Assembly (NCBI GenBank): GCA_017994055.1
Contig: JAGOLL010000002.1
Span: 394 to 64,393 of the forward strand
DNA from: Methanothrix sp.
Lineage (GTDB): Archaea > Halobacteriota > Methanosarcinia > Methanotrichales > Methanotrichaceae
Direction of reading: 5' to 3'
DNA length: 64,000 nt
In this document: positions 19,910 to 29,862 of the stretch, piece by piece
How the letters are laid out: each line of letters starts with the position of its first letter
Numbering within the stretch: the first letter of the stretch is position 1
Translations under genes and position numbers: made by a program
Notes under the pieces: generated by a model
Seen by the model: only the letters and a program-made list of their open reading frames with translations
Told to the model about the DNA's origin: nothing
Databases searched by the model: none

Positions 19910-21844
19910 TCAAGCAGCTGGCTGCTGCTGGCTGACGCAGTGCACTGCCCCCAGGCCAGCCACCATCTCCCGGCAGCTTATCCCTACCACTGCTCTCTCC
20001 GGAAAGGCCTCCTGGATTATCTGCAGTGCTCTGCCGTCGTTTTTGTCCCCGAAGACAGGGACCAGGACGGCATCGTTGCCGATATAGAAGTTGGCATAGC
20101 TGGCCGGCAGGCGGCGCTCCACACCCAACCTGGCGGGCATGGGCAGCTTGATCACCTTGAGAGGGCGGTCGTCTTGGTCCGTCTCCTGGCAGAGAAGCTC
20201 ATAGTTATGTTTTAGCGGCAGGTAATTCTCGTCCTCTGGGTCGTCCTCATAGGCGCAGAGAACGGTTACAGGATCGACAAAGCGGGCTATGTCGTCCACA
20301 TGACCGTCTGTATCGTCCCCGGCTATGCCATCCTTGAGCCAGATGATCTTGCTGACGCCCAGGTATTCACGGAGATAGCCCTCAATCTCCTCCCGTCTCA
20401 AATATGGATTCCTATTTTCATGGAGCAGGCACTGCTCTGTGGTCAGGAGGGTTCCGCAGCCGTTGACATCGATGGAGCCGCCCTCCAGGACTATCCCAGG
20501 CCTGAAAAGCCTGATATTCAGGTCCTGGTTGATCAGATCGGGTATGGCCACATCTGCCATCAGCTCAGGATACTTCTCACCCCAGGCATTGAAGATCCAG
20601 GATACCGCTGCCATCCGGCCCTCTCTGGATCGGCGATCCCGGTCGACCACAAATATGGGGCCATAATCCCTGAACCATACATCGGCATAGCTGATAATAT
20701 GAAAGTGAATCCTTCCCAGATCGACCTTCTCCCTTTTGAGTCGGTCTATCACCTGATCCTGCATTATCTCGTTTCTGACCAGCAGATTGACGATCTCGCT
20801 CTTATGGATGGCCCTGATCATTGCGGCATAGGCATCTTCCACCGCCTCTATCTCCGGGAAGCTGTCCAGATCGTAGGGCCAGGCCAGCCAGATGGCCTCA
20901 TGCTTCTCCCACTCCCCCGGCATATGATAGCCTAAGGAGCGGGGGGTCTCCTCCCATCCCTCTGCCCCTCCCGCCGCCTCCCTCTCCCGTACCATCTCTA
21001 TAAGGGGCCAGTAGAGGTCGGGGCGGCGGCAGCGGAAGAAGCCCCAGCTCTCCCGAACCGCCCTATTTTTGCATAGGTCCAGCGGCACCACCAGCACCTC
21101 TTCCTCGCTGGAGCTGGCGCGAGCGAGAATTTTGCCGAAGCAGTCGCAGACAAAAGAGCCGCCCCAGAAGATCAGCTCCTCCTCCCGACCCACCCGGTTC
21201 ACTGCTGCCATACAGACGCTATTGGCTATGGCATGGCCTCTTTGCACCGTCTCCCAGGCGTCATGCCAGTCGCCCTCCTCCGGCTCTTCCTGGCCTCTGA
21301 TCCAGCCTATGGCCGTGGGATAGAATATGATCTCTGCGCCGGCCAGGGCTGCCAGGCGCGCCGCCTCCGGAAACCACTGGTCAAAGCATATAAGACCGGC
21401 TATCCGGCCATAGCGGGTGTCGTAAATCCGGATCTCATCTCCGGGAGAAAAGTAGCTCTTCTCATAGAACAGAGGATCGTGGGGAATGTGCACCTTTCGA
21501 TAGACCGGAAGAAGGCTGCCGTCAGCGTCGATCACCGCCAGGGAGTTGTAGTAGACGGCCTCGTCTTTCTCGAATATGGGAACTATTATGACCAGGGAAA
21601 GCTCACGGGCAAGGCTGGAAAAGGCTTCAGTGGAAGGGCCAGGGATGCTCTCGGCCAGGTCCTGGACATTTATATGATCCCATTGGGGAAAGTAGTGGGT
21701 TCGGTACAGCTCGGGCAGACATACTATCTGTGCTCCCTTCTTTGCGGCTGCCCTTAACTTTTCCATAGCCAGCTTCAGGTTCAGATCCGGATCCCTGGAG
21801 GGGGAGGTCTGAACCAATCCCACGGTCACTATTCTCTCCGCCAT
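19910..21844 (-). CDS. Fused N-carbamoylputrescine amidase (nitrilase fold) - agmatine deiminase
   Basis: N-half: LPEL, YRKVHIP, ICFDQWFPEAAR; C-half: MPGEWEKH, WFRDYGP, EGGSIDVNG, DDTDGHVD, GAVHCVSQQQP. Confidence 0.93.
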   Translation of the reverse strand: MAERIVTVGLVQTSPSRDPDLNLKLAMEKLRAAAKKGAQIVCLPELYRTHYFPQWDHINVQDLAESIPGPSTEAFSSLARELSLVIIVPIFEKDEAVYYNSLAVIDADGSLLPVYRKVHIPHDPLFYEKSYFSPGDEIRIYDTRYGRIAGLICFDQWFPEAARLAALAGAEIIFYPTAIGWIRGQEEPEEGDWHDAWETVQRGHAIANSVCMAAVNRVGREEELIFWGGSFVCDCFGKILARASSSEEEVLVVPLDLCKNRAVRESWGFFRCRRPDLYWPLIEMVREREAAGGAEGWEETPRSLGYHMPGEWEKHEAIWLAWPYDLDSFPEIEAVEDAYAAMIRAIHKSEIVNLLVRNEIMQDQVIDRLKREKVDLGRIHFHIISYADVWFRDYGPIFVVDRDRRSREGRMAAVSWIFNAWGEKYPELMADVAIPDLINQDLNIRLFRPGIVLEGGSIDVNGCGTLLTTEQCLLHENRNPYLRREEIEGYLREYLGVSKIIWLKDGIAGDDTDGHVDDIARFVDPVTVLCAYEDDPEDENYLPLKHNYELLCQETDQDDRPLKVIKLPMPARLGVERRLPASYANFYIGNDAVLVPVFGDKNDGRALQIIQEAFPERAVVGISCREMVAGLGAVHCVSQQQPAA

Positions 21845-22400
21845 GCAAGTCCCTGAAAAGACTGCATCCGTTTGGTTGATAAATTTTCTCTAAAACCGCT
21901 TTAGCTCATGCAAGATTTACACGCATATCAATTGCTACAGACGGCGAAGCCTTTATGGGTTGCTGGCTTTATCTCTAGCCAAATTGATATTGATCTCAGA
22001 TCAAAAAGCCCTTTTATGCATTAGTATAGGTCTATTCGCCGAATATGCAATGCAGGCTGGCGGATTGATGCCTCATGCGCGATCTGTCCTTCCTCGGTAA
22101 AAGCGATCGGCAGTTGATCAAATCCCACTATAGCCGTCATCTGATGATAGGCAGAAAAATGGCAGACATCAGATCGCAGATGCAATGGCCGGGAATATGT
22201 CATACTCGGTTTAAAAACATCTTACTTTTTATTCTAGGGTTGATAGATGAGGAAATGTTTTATGCAGCTGAAACGACCACATTGCTACAATAATTGCCTC
22301 TATTTCTTAGAAAAATCTGCCATTGAGTTCTGAAATTCTCCTCACAAAAGAATATATAGCTAAATCGGTAGAGAAGACTAGGTAAAGGAGGTGAAAGCCT

Positions 22401-22526
22401 ATGTGTTGCCATACCGGAGACAAGCATACCCATTCTCATGATCATAACGGGAAAGTGCACGAGCACGAGCACATCCACGATGCAGAGCATCACAGCCACC
22501 CTCATAAATGCTGCCACGAGCACTAA
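22401..22526 (+). CDS. 41-aa His/Cys-rich metal-binding peptide (Hpn-like)
   Basis: MCCHTGDKHTHSHDHNGKVHEHEHIHDAEHHSHPHKCCHEH; GGAGGTGA SD; TATA-like ATATATA near 22352; T-run near 22566. Confidence 0.75.
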   Translation: MCCHTGDKHTHSHDHNGKVHEHEHIHDAEHHSHPHKCCHEH

Positions 22527-22756
22527 GACTTTAGGACATTCGCCTATGTAAAAAGATTTGTGATCTTTTTTTGCCTAATTCCATCAACTCCGCCAAGATG
22601 AGTTCTCTCCTGTGGCAGTTAAAACTATTTTTTGGAGTCATAATCTGCTCCTATGGTGCCTATCGGATCGCCAAAGGCAGGCCGTCTCCCTTCGACTTTC
22701 TAGGAAAGTATATCGGGGAGTAGAAGGGAAATGGGGATGAGGCTGAACCACTGCCC

Positions 22757-22948
22757 TCAAGTCTCTTTCTCTTTCTTGTAGTCCTCTCTGATGGCCCGGG
22801 CCATCTCCTCGTCCGCCTCCACGATCAATGCCCCCAGGTAGTCGCAATTCTTGCAGCGGTAGATCTTGCCGGTATAGCCGCCTGCTTCCAGGTATAGCTC
22901 GGAGCTGCCGCAAACCGGGCAGACCACCCGGATGTTCTCTGGCTTCAT
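22757..22948 (-). CDS. Small zinc-ribbon protein
   Basis: CPVCGS...YRCKNCDY; start reassigned to MKPENI. Confidence 0.75.
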   Translation of the reverse strand: MKPENIRVVCPVCGSSELYLEAGGYTGKIYRCKNCDYLGALIVEADEEMARAIREDYKKEKET

Positions 22949-23078
22949 GATGGTGTCTTGAGGGTTTAAAGAAGTTGAATCCTTTGCTTGTTTTGATGCA
23001 GACAAATATCTTTATGAGTCGCCAGAATCATTGTCGCTCGGGAGAATATACTGCCCAGGATAAAATTTCGGCTTAAGG

Positions 23079-23783
23079 GTGGGAGGAGATATGACGCGAA
23101 CAAGCTTAAAGGGAAGATGCAGCTATTGTGATGGGAGCTATTCTAAATCAGCTGTTTCCAGGCACTTGCAGGCCTGTCCGGCCAGAAAGGCGGAGAACGA
23201 GGTGCCTATGAAGAAAGGCTCAAGCAAAGAGCAGGCCAAAACCATCTTTCACTTGCAGGTGGAGGGGCTCTATCTGCCCATGTACTGGCTGCATATCGAA
23301 ATTGCCGCCAAAGCCACATTGGAGGATCTGGACCATTTTCTAAGAGCCGTCTGGCTGGAGTGCTGCGGCCACCTGAGCAGCTTTGAGATTGCAGGCAATA
23401 CCTTCTTCTCCGAGAAGATGGAGCCGGGGGATCGAAGCATGAGGATTGCCCTGGAAAAAGTGATAGCTCCGGGAATGAAGTTCGAGCATATCTACGACTT
23501 TGGAACCTCAACTGAGCTACTCATAAAGGTGATATCGGCAAGAGAAGGCCAGGCGCAGGGCAAGAGCGCAGTTATCATAGCCCGAAATGATCCGCCTGAT
23601 ATCCGGTGCTATGTCTGCGGCAAGCCGGCCACATGGATTTGCTGCCAGTGCAGCGACGAGGCCTCCGGATATGTCTGCGATGATTGTGCTAAAAAGCATG
23701 AGTGCGGTGAAGATATGCTTCTGCCCATGGTCAACTCTCCCCGAACTGGAATGTGCGGCTATACCGGTGAATGTCATGATTAG
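23079..23783 (+). CDS. Plasmid pRiA4b ORF-3-like protein with Zn-finger motifs
   Basis: ATLEDLDHFLRAVWLECCGHLSSF, YDFGTST and VNSPRTGMCGY motifs. Confidence 0.75.
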   Translation: MGGDMTRTSLKGRCSYCDGSYSKSAVSRHLQACPARKAENEVPMKKGSSKEQAKTIFHLQVEGLYLPMYWLHIEIAAKATLEDLDHFLRAVWLECCGHLSSFEIAGNTFFSEKMEPGDRSMRIALEKVIAPGMKFEHIYDFGTSTELLIKVISAREGQAQGKSAVIIARNDPPDIRCYVCGKPATWICCQCSDEASGYVCDDCAKKHECGEDMLLPMVNSPRTGMCGYTGECHD

Positions 23784-24397
23784 AAGAGCCCCATCAGCTC
23801 CTCAGCTATGATTTTGTAGCCGGCCTCATTGGGATGGTCCAGTCCCGGCAGGATCATGCTGGAGAGTGGCGTGCCCTGCTCTACCCGCCGCATCCAGGCT
23901 CCATGAACATCCACGAATCCCGCCTCCATCTCCATTGCCACCCTCTCTATAGCCTGATAGTAGTCCATAACCAGCCGGTCATAGGGCGGCGTCTCCAGGG
24001 GCTGGGAAGAGAGGAGCAGCACTTCCGATCCGGGTCCGGCCCGGATGCGCTGCACCATCTCCACCAGGTTCATCTCGAACTCCTCCAGACCCAGGCCCAG
24101 AACGCAGTCATTGATGGAGAAGTTGATAGTCACCAGGTCCGGCTCGTAGGAGAGGACCGCCCAGTCCAGGCGGGAGAGGCCATCCAAAGTGGTGTCGCCG
24201 GATATGCCGGAGTTGATCATCTCCAATCCTGCCTCGGGATATTTTTCCTCGAGCATCTGCTTCCAGAAGGAGGGAAAGCCCTGGCGCACGGCAAATCCGG
24301 CGGTGATGGAGTCGCCATAGGCGACGATTGTCACATCGCCCCCTGCCTCAAGATCGCCCCTGGTCCGGGAGACGAATCTCCTCTGCTCTTGGTCCAT
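23780..24397 (-). CDS. SGNH/GDSL hydrolase
   Basis: GDSITAG, NSGISGDTT and DHPNEAGY motifs. Confidence 0.9.
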   Translation of the reverse strand: MDQEQRRFVSRTRGDLEAGGDVTIVAYGDSITAGFAVRQGFPSFWKQMLEEKYPEAGLEMINSGISGDTTLDGLSRLDWAVLSYEPDLVTINFSINDCVLGLGLEEFEMNLVEMVQRIRAGPGSEVLLLSSQPLETPPYDRLVMDYYQAIERVAMEMEAGFVDVHGAWMRRVEQGTPLSSMILPGLDHPNEAGYKIIAEELMGLF

Positions 24398-24420
24398 GAT
24401 CAGTTGAGTCCTTTTTCCGG

Positions 24421-25197
24421 CTATTGGAGCCTTGCCCTTCCTGCTGCCTTTACCGCCTTTTTCATCTCTCTGACCAGGGTCATCAGCTTCTTCTCCTCTC
24501 CCCGGGCAATGAGGTCGACACAGACCGATCCCACAATGGCTGCATCAGCTCCGGCGGCAATCACCTCCGCCGCCTGGGCCGGTGTAGAGATGCCAAAGCC
24601 CACCGCCCTGGGCTTGCTGCCTGCAGCCCGGGCGACGAGATCTCTGGTGCTCTGCAATACATCGCTCTTGGCTCCCGTGACTCCTGTCCTGGCCACGAGG
24701 TAGAGAAAGCCGGATGTCTCTCTCTCAATCATCTTTAGCCGCTCTGGCGGAGTGTTGGGGGCGACGAGGAAGATCAGGTCCACGCCCTGAGCGGCGCAGG
24801 CTGCCTTGAGCGGCCCCGCCTCCTCCGGGGGCAGGTCAGGGACAATCAAGCCGCTTATGCCGGAGCTGGCGCAGTCCCCGGCAAAGCGCTCCAGGCCCCG
24901 GGCATAGATCATATTGTAGTAGCCCATGAATACCTTGGGAACAGGAACATCCGCCGCGGCTGCTACGCCGAAGTAGACATCGGTGTTCATCCCTGCCGCT
25001 ATGGCCCTCTGGGCGGCGGCTTGAATAGTGGGGCCGTCGGCTATGGGATCGGAGTGGGGCAGGCCCAGCTCAATTATATCTGCGCCAGCAGCAACAAGGC
25101 GGCGCACCAGATCCGGCGTAGCCTCTGGGCTGGGGTCCCCGGCGCAGATGTAAACGATGAGCAGGGGCGCTTTTTGGAATGCTTCAGAGATTCTCAT
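24421..25197 (-). CDS. trpA: Tryptophan synthase alpha subunit
   Basis: [27 protein letters not shown] and GFGIST motifs. Confidence 0.96.
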   Translation of the reverse strand: MRISEAFQKAPLLIVYICAGDPSPEATPDLVRRLVAAGADIIELGLPHSDPIADGPTIQAAAQRAIAAGMNTDVYFGVAAAADVPVPKVFMGYYNMIYARGLERFAGDCASSGISGLIVPDLPPEEAGPLKAACAAQGVDLIFLVAPNTPPERLKMIERETSGFLYLVARTGVTGAKSDVLQSTRDLVARAAGSKPRAVGFGISTPAQAAEVIAAGADAAIVGSVCVDLIARGEEKKLMTLVREMKKAVKAAGRARLQ

Positions 25198-26380
25198 ATT
25201 CCATCACCGTTGATAGATCCTTGTCTCCCCGACCGGATACGTTGATCACCGCCAGTTCTCCCAGCTCCGCCTCATGCTCTAGGCAGTAGCCCAGGGCATG
25301 GGCCGACTCCAGAGCGGGTATGATCCCCTCTAATTTAGATAGCGCATGAAAGCCCCGCATGGCCGTCCGGTCATCGGCGATTCTTGCGGTCACCCGCCCT
25401 CTCTCCGCCAGGTACGCCAGTTCCGGCCCCACACCGGGATAATCCAGGCCGGCAGCCACGGAGTAGGACTCCAGGATCTGGCCGTAGGGGTCCTGGAGGA
25501 TTTTTGTCAGGGCGCCGTGCAGCACGCCGTCGCTCCCCAGGCCCAGGCTGGCTCCGTGATCTGCGGTCCGATCCGTGCATCCTGGCCCCCGGCCTCCGGC
25601 CTCCACGGCTATCAGCCGGACCGCCTCATCGGCCAGGAAGGGAGCGAAGATGCCCATGGCATTGCTGCCCCCGCCCACGCAGGCCACTATGCTGTCGGGC
25701 AGACGGCCCTCTGCCTCCAGGATCTGCTCTTTCGCCTCCTCCCCTATCACGCTCTGGAAGTCCCGCACCATGCTGGGAAATGGATGGGCTCCCGCTGCCG
25801 TTCCCAGCAGATAATGGGTATGATCAAAGGAAGAAGCCCAGTCCCTCATGGCCTCGTTTATGGCGTCCTTGAGGGTCCGGGAGCCGTACCGGACCGGTAT
25901 GACCTCTGCTCCCATGAGGCGCATGCGGTAGACGTTCATCTTCTGCCGCTCTATGTCCACCTCGCCCATATAGATCTGGGTCTGGAAGCCCAGATTGGCT
26001 CCCACGATGGCCGTGGCCACCCCGTGCTGGCCCGCTCCCGTCTCGGCGATAAGACGGCTCTTGCCCATTCTCTTAGCTACCAGAGCCTGGCCCAGGGTGT
26101 TGTTGAGCTTATGCGCCCCGCCGTGCACCAGGTCCTCCCTCTTAAGGTAGACCTTGCATCCCAGCTTGCGGCTGAGGTTCTTGGCCTGGTAGAGAGCGGT
26201 TGGCCTCCCGGCAAAATTCCGGAGCAAGAGGCCCAGCTCCTCCCGGAAGCCTTTATCCTTCATCAGTCTCAAATAGGAATCTGAAAGCTCTTTTAGAGGC
26301 TCTACCAGGGTTTCGGGCACAAATAGGCCGCCGTAGCGGCCGAACTTGACCGCAGCATTGGGAAATATAACCGCACTCAA
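25184..26380 (-). CDS. trpB: Tryptophan synthase beta subunit
   Basis: [33 protein letters not shown] and SGRGDKD motifs. Confidence 0.97.
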   Translation of the reverse strand: MSAVIFPNAAVKFGRYGGLFVPETLVEPLKELSDSYLRLMKDKGFREELGLLLRNFAGRPTALYQAKNLSRKLGCKVYLKREDLVHGGAHKLNNTLGQALVAKRMGKSRLIAETGAGQHGVATAIVGANLGFQTQIYMGEVDIERQKMNVYRMRLMGAEVIPVRYGSRTLKDAINEAMRDWASSFDHTHYLLGTAAGAHPFPSMVRDFQSVIGEEAKEQILEAEGRLPDSIVACVGGGSNAMGIFAPFLADEAVRLIAVEAGGRGPGCTDRTADHGASLGLGSDGVLHGALTKILQDPYGQILESYSVAAGLDYPGVGPELAYLAERGRVTARIADDRTAMRGFHALSKLEGIIPALESAHALGYCLEHEAELGELAVINVSGRGDKDLSTVMEYENL

Positions 26381-26515
26381 ATTATCACCGGCTGGTTTTT
26401 AATGTACTAATCATTACTATGATGTATGAAAACGTACATCTTTGGATATATTTAACCTTATTGCCAGCTCCGGATCTCCAGGCGGAGAGATTTCGCTTTT
26501 GCCTGTTCCTTTGGC

Positions 26516-26725
26516 TCAGGACAGATCAGTGGGCAGCTCTCCGGTGAGGCACTCGATCCGCTTCTCAGCGCTCTGCAACCTGCTCTGGCAGAGGCAGACC
26601 AGCTTCATTCCCTTCTCATAAAGCTCCAGGCTCTCTTCCAGGCTCATCTTGCCCTCCTCCAGTACCTCTACGATCTGCTCCAGATCGTCCAATGCCTCTT
26701 CCAGGCTTGTCTCTTCTTGCTTCAG
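26516..26725 (-). CDS. xseB: Exodeoxyribonuclease VII small subunit (CTG start)
   Basis: LKQEETSLEEALDDLEQIVEVLEEGKMSLEESLELYEKGMKLVCLCQSRLQSAEKRI; directly downstream of xseA; absent from the ORF track. Confidence 0.88.
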   Translation of the reverse strand: MKQEETSLEEALDDLEQIVEVLEEGKMSLEESLELYEKGMKLVCLCQSRLQSAEKRIECLTGELPTDLS

Positions 26726-27927
26726 AGCATTGCCCCCTCATCTTCCCTGCATTCCAGAATCCGGCAGAGCAGCCGCCCCTGGGAGAGGATCAGTTCTATA
26801 TCCTCACCCGGCCGGACATCTGCCGCCTTGACTATCAAGCCCTTTCCAGATCTGGCGATGGCATAGCCGCGCTGAAGCGTCTCCTGCGGGCCCACCGCTC
26901 CCAGCCGCCCTGCCATCAGCTCCAGCCGGCTCCTATGGCGGTTAAGCCGGCCAGCTTCTGCCCCCTCCAGCCTCTGGCTGAGATAGTCCAGCCGCTGGCG
27001 GCAGTCCCTGGTCAGGGAGTACATCCGCCGGGCGGATAGGGCATGCTGCAGATGACCCAGCCGATCCTCGGCTCTCTCCAGGCTGCTCCAGAGGGCTCGC
27101 ATCATCCGCACCTTCGTATATTTCAGGGCCTCTTGTACCTCTTCCAGGTCAGGAACAGCCATCTTTGCCGCTGCTGTGGGGGTCGCCGCCCTGGCATCGG
27201 CCACATGATCTGCCACGGTCACGTCCGTTTCATGGCCTACAGCGGAGATCACCGGCGCGTCGCAGGCGAATATGGCCCGGGCCACCATCTCTGAGTTAAA
27301 GCACCACAGATCCTCGGTCGAGCCCCCTCCCCGGCAGACTATGATCAGATCAGAGCGGCCCCGCAAGGCCAGAAGGGCGGCGGCAATGCTCTTCTCTGCC
27401 TCCTCCCCCTGCACCTGAGCGGGAGAGAGTATGATTCTGGCGGGATAATTTCCCAGCGTGCGCAGCACATCCCTCAGAGCCGCCCCCTGGGGAGAGGTGA
27501 CTATTCCTATCCTCTGTGGATAGCGAGGGAGGGGACGCTTTCTCTCCGGGGCGAATAAGCCTTCTCTAGCCAGCTTCTCTTTGAGGGCTTCAAGCTGCAG
27601 GTGCCGAAATCCCAGGCCTTCATCCTGCTTGATGCCGCGGGCGACGAGCTGCACCCTGCCCTGGGGGCGGTAGACAGTCACATCACCGTAGACCAGAACG
27701 TTCTTGCCGTCATTCATCTCGAAGTCCAGAGAGCCGCCGTTACTTCGGAAGAGGACGCAGGAGATCTGGGATTCCCTGTCCTTGAGAGTGAAGTATCTGT
27801 GCCCGGAGCGGTGGTGGACGTAATTGGAGACCTCGCCCCTGGCCCAGAGGTCGTGCAGGCGCAGGTCGCCCTCCAGGCGGTCGGAGATCCTTGAATTTAG
27901 CTCAGTGACGGTGAATATTTGGGTCAA
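26722..27927 (-). CDS. xseA: Exodeoxyribonuclease VII large subunit
   Basis: GEVSN...SGHRYFTLKD, IGIVTSPQGAALRD, RGGGSTEDL, SAVGHETD and ATPTAAA motifs. Confidence 0.95.
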   Translation of the reverse strand: MTQIFTVTELNSRISDRLEGDLRLHDLWARGEVSNYVHHRSGHRYFTLKDRESQISCVLFRSNGGSLDFEMNDGKNVLVYGDVTVYRPQGRVQLVARGIKQDEGLGFRHLQLEALKEKLAREGLFAPERKRPLPRYPQRIGIVTSPQGAALRDVLRTLGNYPARIILSPAQVQGEEAEKSIAAALLALRGRSDLIIVCRGGGSTEDLWCFNSEMVARAIFACDAPVISAVGHETDVTVADHVADARAATPTAAAKMAVPDLEEVQEALKYTKVRMMRALWSSLERAEDRLGHLQHALSARRMYSLTRDCRQRLDYLSQRLEGAEAGRLNRHRSRLELMAGRLGAVGPQETLQRGYAIARSGKGLIVKAADVRPGEDIELILSQGRLLCRILECREDEGAML

Positions 27928-28059
27928 GGCAGAGTAAATGGGCTGGGAGGCTATTTAAGAGCTGTTCATGGGCAGGGTGAAAATGATAATTAAACTTATT
28001 TGGTCATAACACAAGAAAACTTTATATGCCAGGATGTCGCTGCAGAATAAGGTGACATA

Positions 28060-28755
28060 ATGCATATTATGGAGGGATTTCTCCCCCATCCCTGGTGGGA
28101 GATCTGGTTTGCTCTATCGCTGCCCGTGCTTGCCTACGGTGTTTATAAGATGAACCGGATGATCAAGGAGAGCCGCGAGACCCTGCCCCTGCTGGCCGTG
28201 GCCGGAGCCTTCGTCTTCGTCCTCTCCTCCCTGAAGCTGCCCTCCGTCACCGGCAGCTGCTCCCATCCCACCGGCACGGGCATGGGAGCCATCATCTTCG
28301 GGCCGGCGATCACCTCTGTCCTGGCGGTGATCGTTCTGGTCTACCAGGCCGTCTTCCTGGCCCACGGGGGCCTGACCACCCTGGGAGCAAATGTCTTTTC
28401 CATGGGCATAGCCGGACCGGCTGTGGGCTACCTGATCTACAGGACAGCCATGCGCTCCGGCCTGCACCTTTACCTCTCCGTCTTCCTGGCGGCGACGCTG
28501 GCCGACTGGGCCACCTATCTGGTGACTGCGGCCCAGCTGGCCCTGGCCTTTCCCGCCGCCTCCGGCGGAGTCTACGCCTCATTCGAGGCCTTTGCCGCCG
28601 TATTTGCCATCACCCAGGTGCCCCTGGCCGCAGTGGAAGGAGCGGTGACTGCATTGATGTTCAAGTACATAGTACAGCTCCGCAGCGACGTTCTGGTGAG
28701 GATGAATGTTGTCTCGGAAAAAGCAGTGGCCCGGCTCCGGGAGGTCGCAGCATGA
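28060..28755 (+). CDS. cbiM: ECF cobalt transporter substrate component
   Basis: N-terminal MHIMEGFLP; GSCSHPTG and AHGGLTTLGAN motifs. Confidence 0.95.
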   Translation: MHIMEGFLPHPWWEIWFALSLPVLAYGVYKMNRMIKESRETLPLLAVAGAFVFVLSSLKLPSVTGSCSHPTGTGMGAIIFGPAITSVLAVIVLVYQAVFLAHGGLTTLGANVFSMGIAGPAVGYLIYRTAMRSGLHLYLSVFLAATLADWATYLVTAAQLALAFPAASGGVYASFEAFAAVFAITQVPLAAVEGAVTALMFKYIVQLRSDVLVRMNVVSEKAVARLREVAA

Positions 28756-29087
28756 AAATCGGATCAGGGATGAGCCTGGAGGCCATTGTGCTGGGCCTGG
28801 TGCTGCTCTTCATCGCTGCCTTCGCCTATACTGCCTCCACCGGGATTCACGAGTGGAGCGGGGCGGACAGCCAGGCGGAGGGAGTAATATCCGACCTGAC
28901 CGGCGGCGCTTACGAGCCCTGGTACAGCTCCATTTATAAGCCGCAGAGCGGGGAGATAGAAAGCCTCCTCTTCGCCCTGCAAGCCGCCGTGGGCAGCCTG
29001 ATCATAGGCTACTTCCTGGGCTACTACCGGGGTCGGGCCAAGGCCGCCTCAGCGGCGGCGGAGAGGGACGGAAATAAGGATGCATAA
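28752..29087 (+). CDS. cbiN: Cobalt transport protein CbiN
   Basis: WSGADSQA...YEPW...SGEIESLLFALQAA. Confidence 0.93.
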   Translation: MKIGSGMSLEAIVLGLVLLFIAAFAYTASTGIHEWSGADSQAEGVISDLTGGAYEPWYSSIYKPQSGEIESLLFALQAAVGSLIIGYFLGYYRGRAKAASAAAERDGNKDA

Positions 29088-29862
29088 TCTCTTAGACGAC
29101 TACGCCCTCGACAATGGCCTGCGTGATGCCAGCCCCCGCCTCAAGCTTTTTCTGGGCCTGGCCTCCATGCTCATCTCTGTCTCCTCCCCATCCCCCCTAG
29201 CTCCTCTTTTTGTGGCCTTGACTATGAGCCTGGCCACAGTGCTTCTGGCCAAAATTCCCGGCCGCATCTACTCTCATCTTCTCCTGGCCCCCCTCTCTTT
29301 TGCACTGCTCAGCGCCGCCGTGGTGGCCTTCATCCAGGGGGAGGGAAACGCGCTCATAGAGCTACCCCTCTTCGGCCTGGATCTGGCGGTAAGGGAAGAG
29401 GGCGCCGAACTGGCCCTCCTTCTCCTGGCCAGGACTTTTGGAGGCACATGCTCCCTTTATTTCATTGCTCTGACCACGCCCATGATCGAGATCTTCGCCA
29501 CCCTGAGGTCGCTGCGCATACCTTCATCGATCATTGAGCTTTCCATGATGATATACCGCTACATTTTCGTATTCCTGGATCAGGCCGCTCGAATCCACAG
29601 CGCCCAGGTAATGCGGCTGGGGGACTCCGGAACCAGAAAATCTCTCGACTCCTTTGCCATGCTCGCATCGGTCCTGTTTCTTCGATCCTGGGAGCAGGGA
29701 GAGAGGCTGATCCTGGCCATGGACTGTCGCTGCTATGACGGCAAGCTGGAGATCATGGAACAGACCGGAAAGGCGACGGGCCGGCAGATGCTGGCTGCTG
29801 CGGCTTATTTGGCCCTGGCCTCGACCATCGCTGTTTTAAGCAGAGATGCCTCTCTGCTGTGA
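29080..29862 (+). CDS. cbiQ: ECF transmembrane component
   Basis: Operon position; MIYRYIFVF, AQVMRLG and AMDCRCY motifs. Confidence 0.9.
   Translation: MHNLLDDYALDNGLRDASPRLKLFLGLASMLISVSSPSPLAPLFVALTMSLATVLLAKIPGRIYSHLLLAPLSFALLSAAVVAFIQGEGNALIELPLFGLDLAVREEGAELALLLLARTFGGTCSLYFIALTTPMIEIFATLRSLRIPSSIIELSMMIYRYIFVFLDQAARIHSAQVMRLGDSGTRKSLDSFAMLASVLFLRSWEQGERLILAMDCRCYDGKLEIMEQTGKATGRQMLAAAAYLALASTIAVLSRDASLL

Noticed and set aside
22260-22523. 87-aa hydrophobic minus-strand ORF
   Set aside because: Antisense of the His-rich peptide gene, which has the SD, promoter and terminator.
27930-28059. Cobalamin riboswitch before cbiM
   Set aside because: Intergenic region is short and AT-rich with no B12 box.
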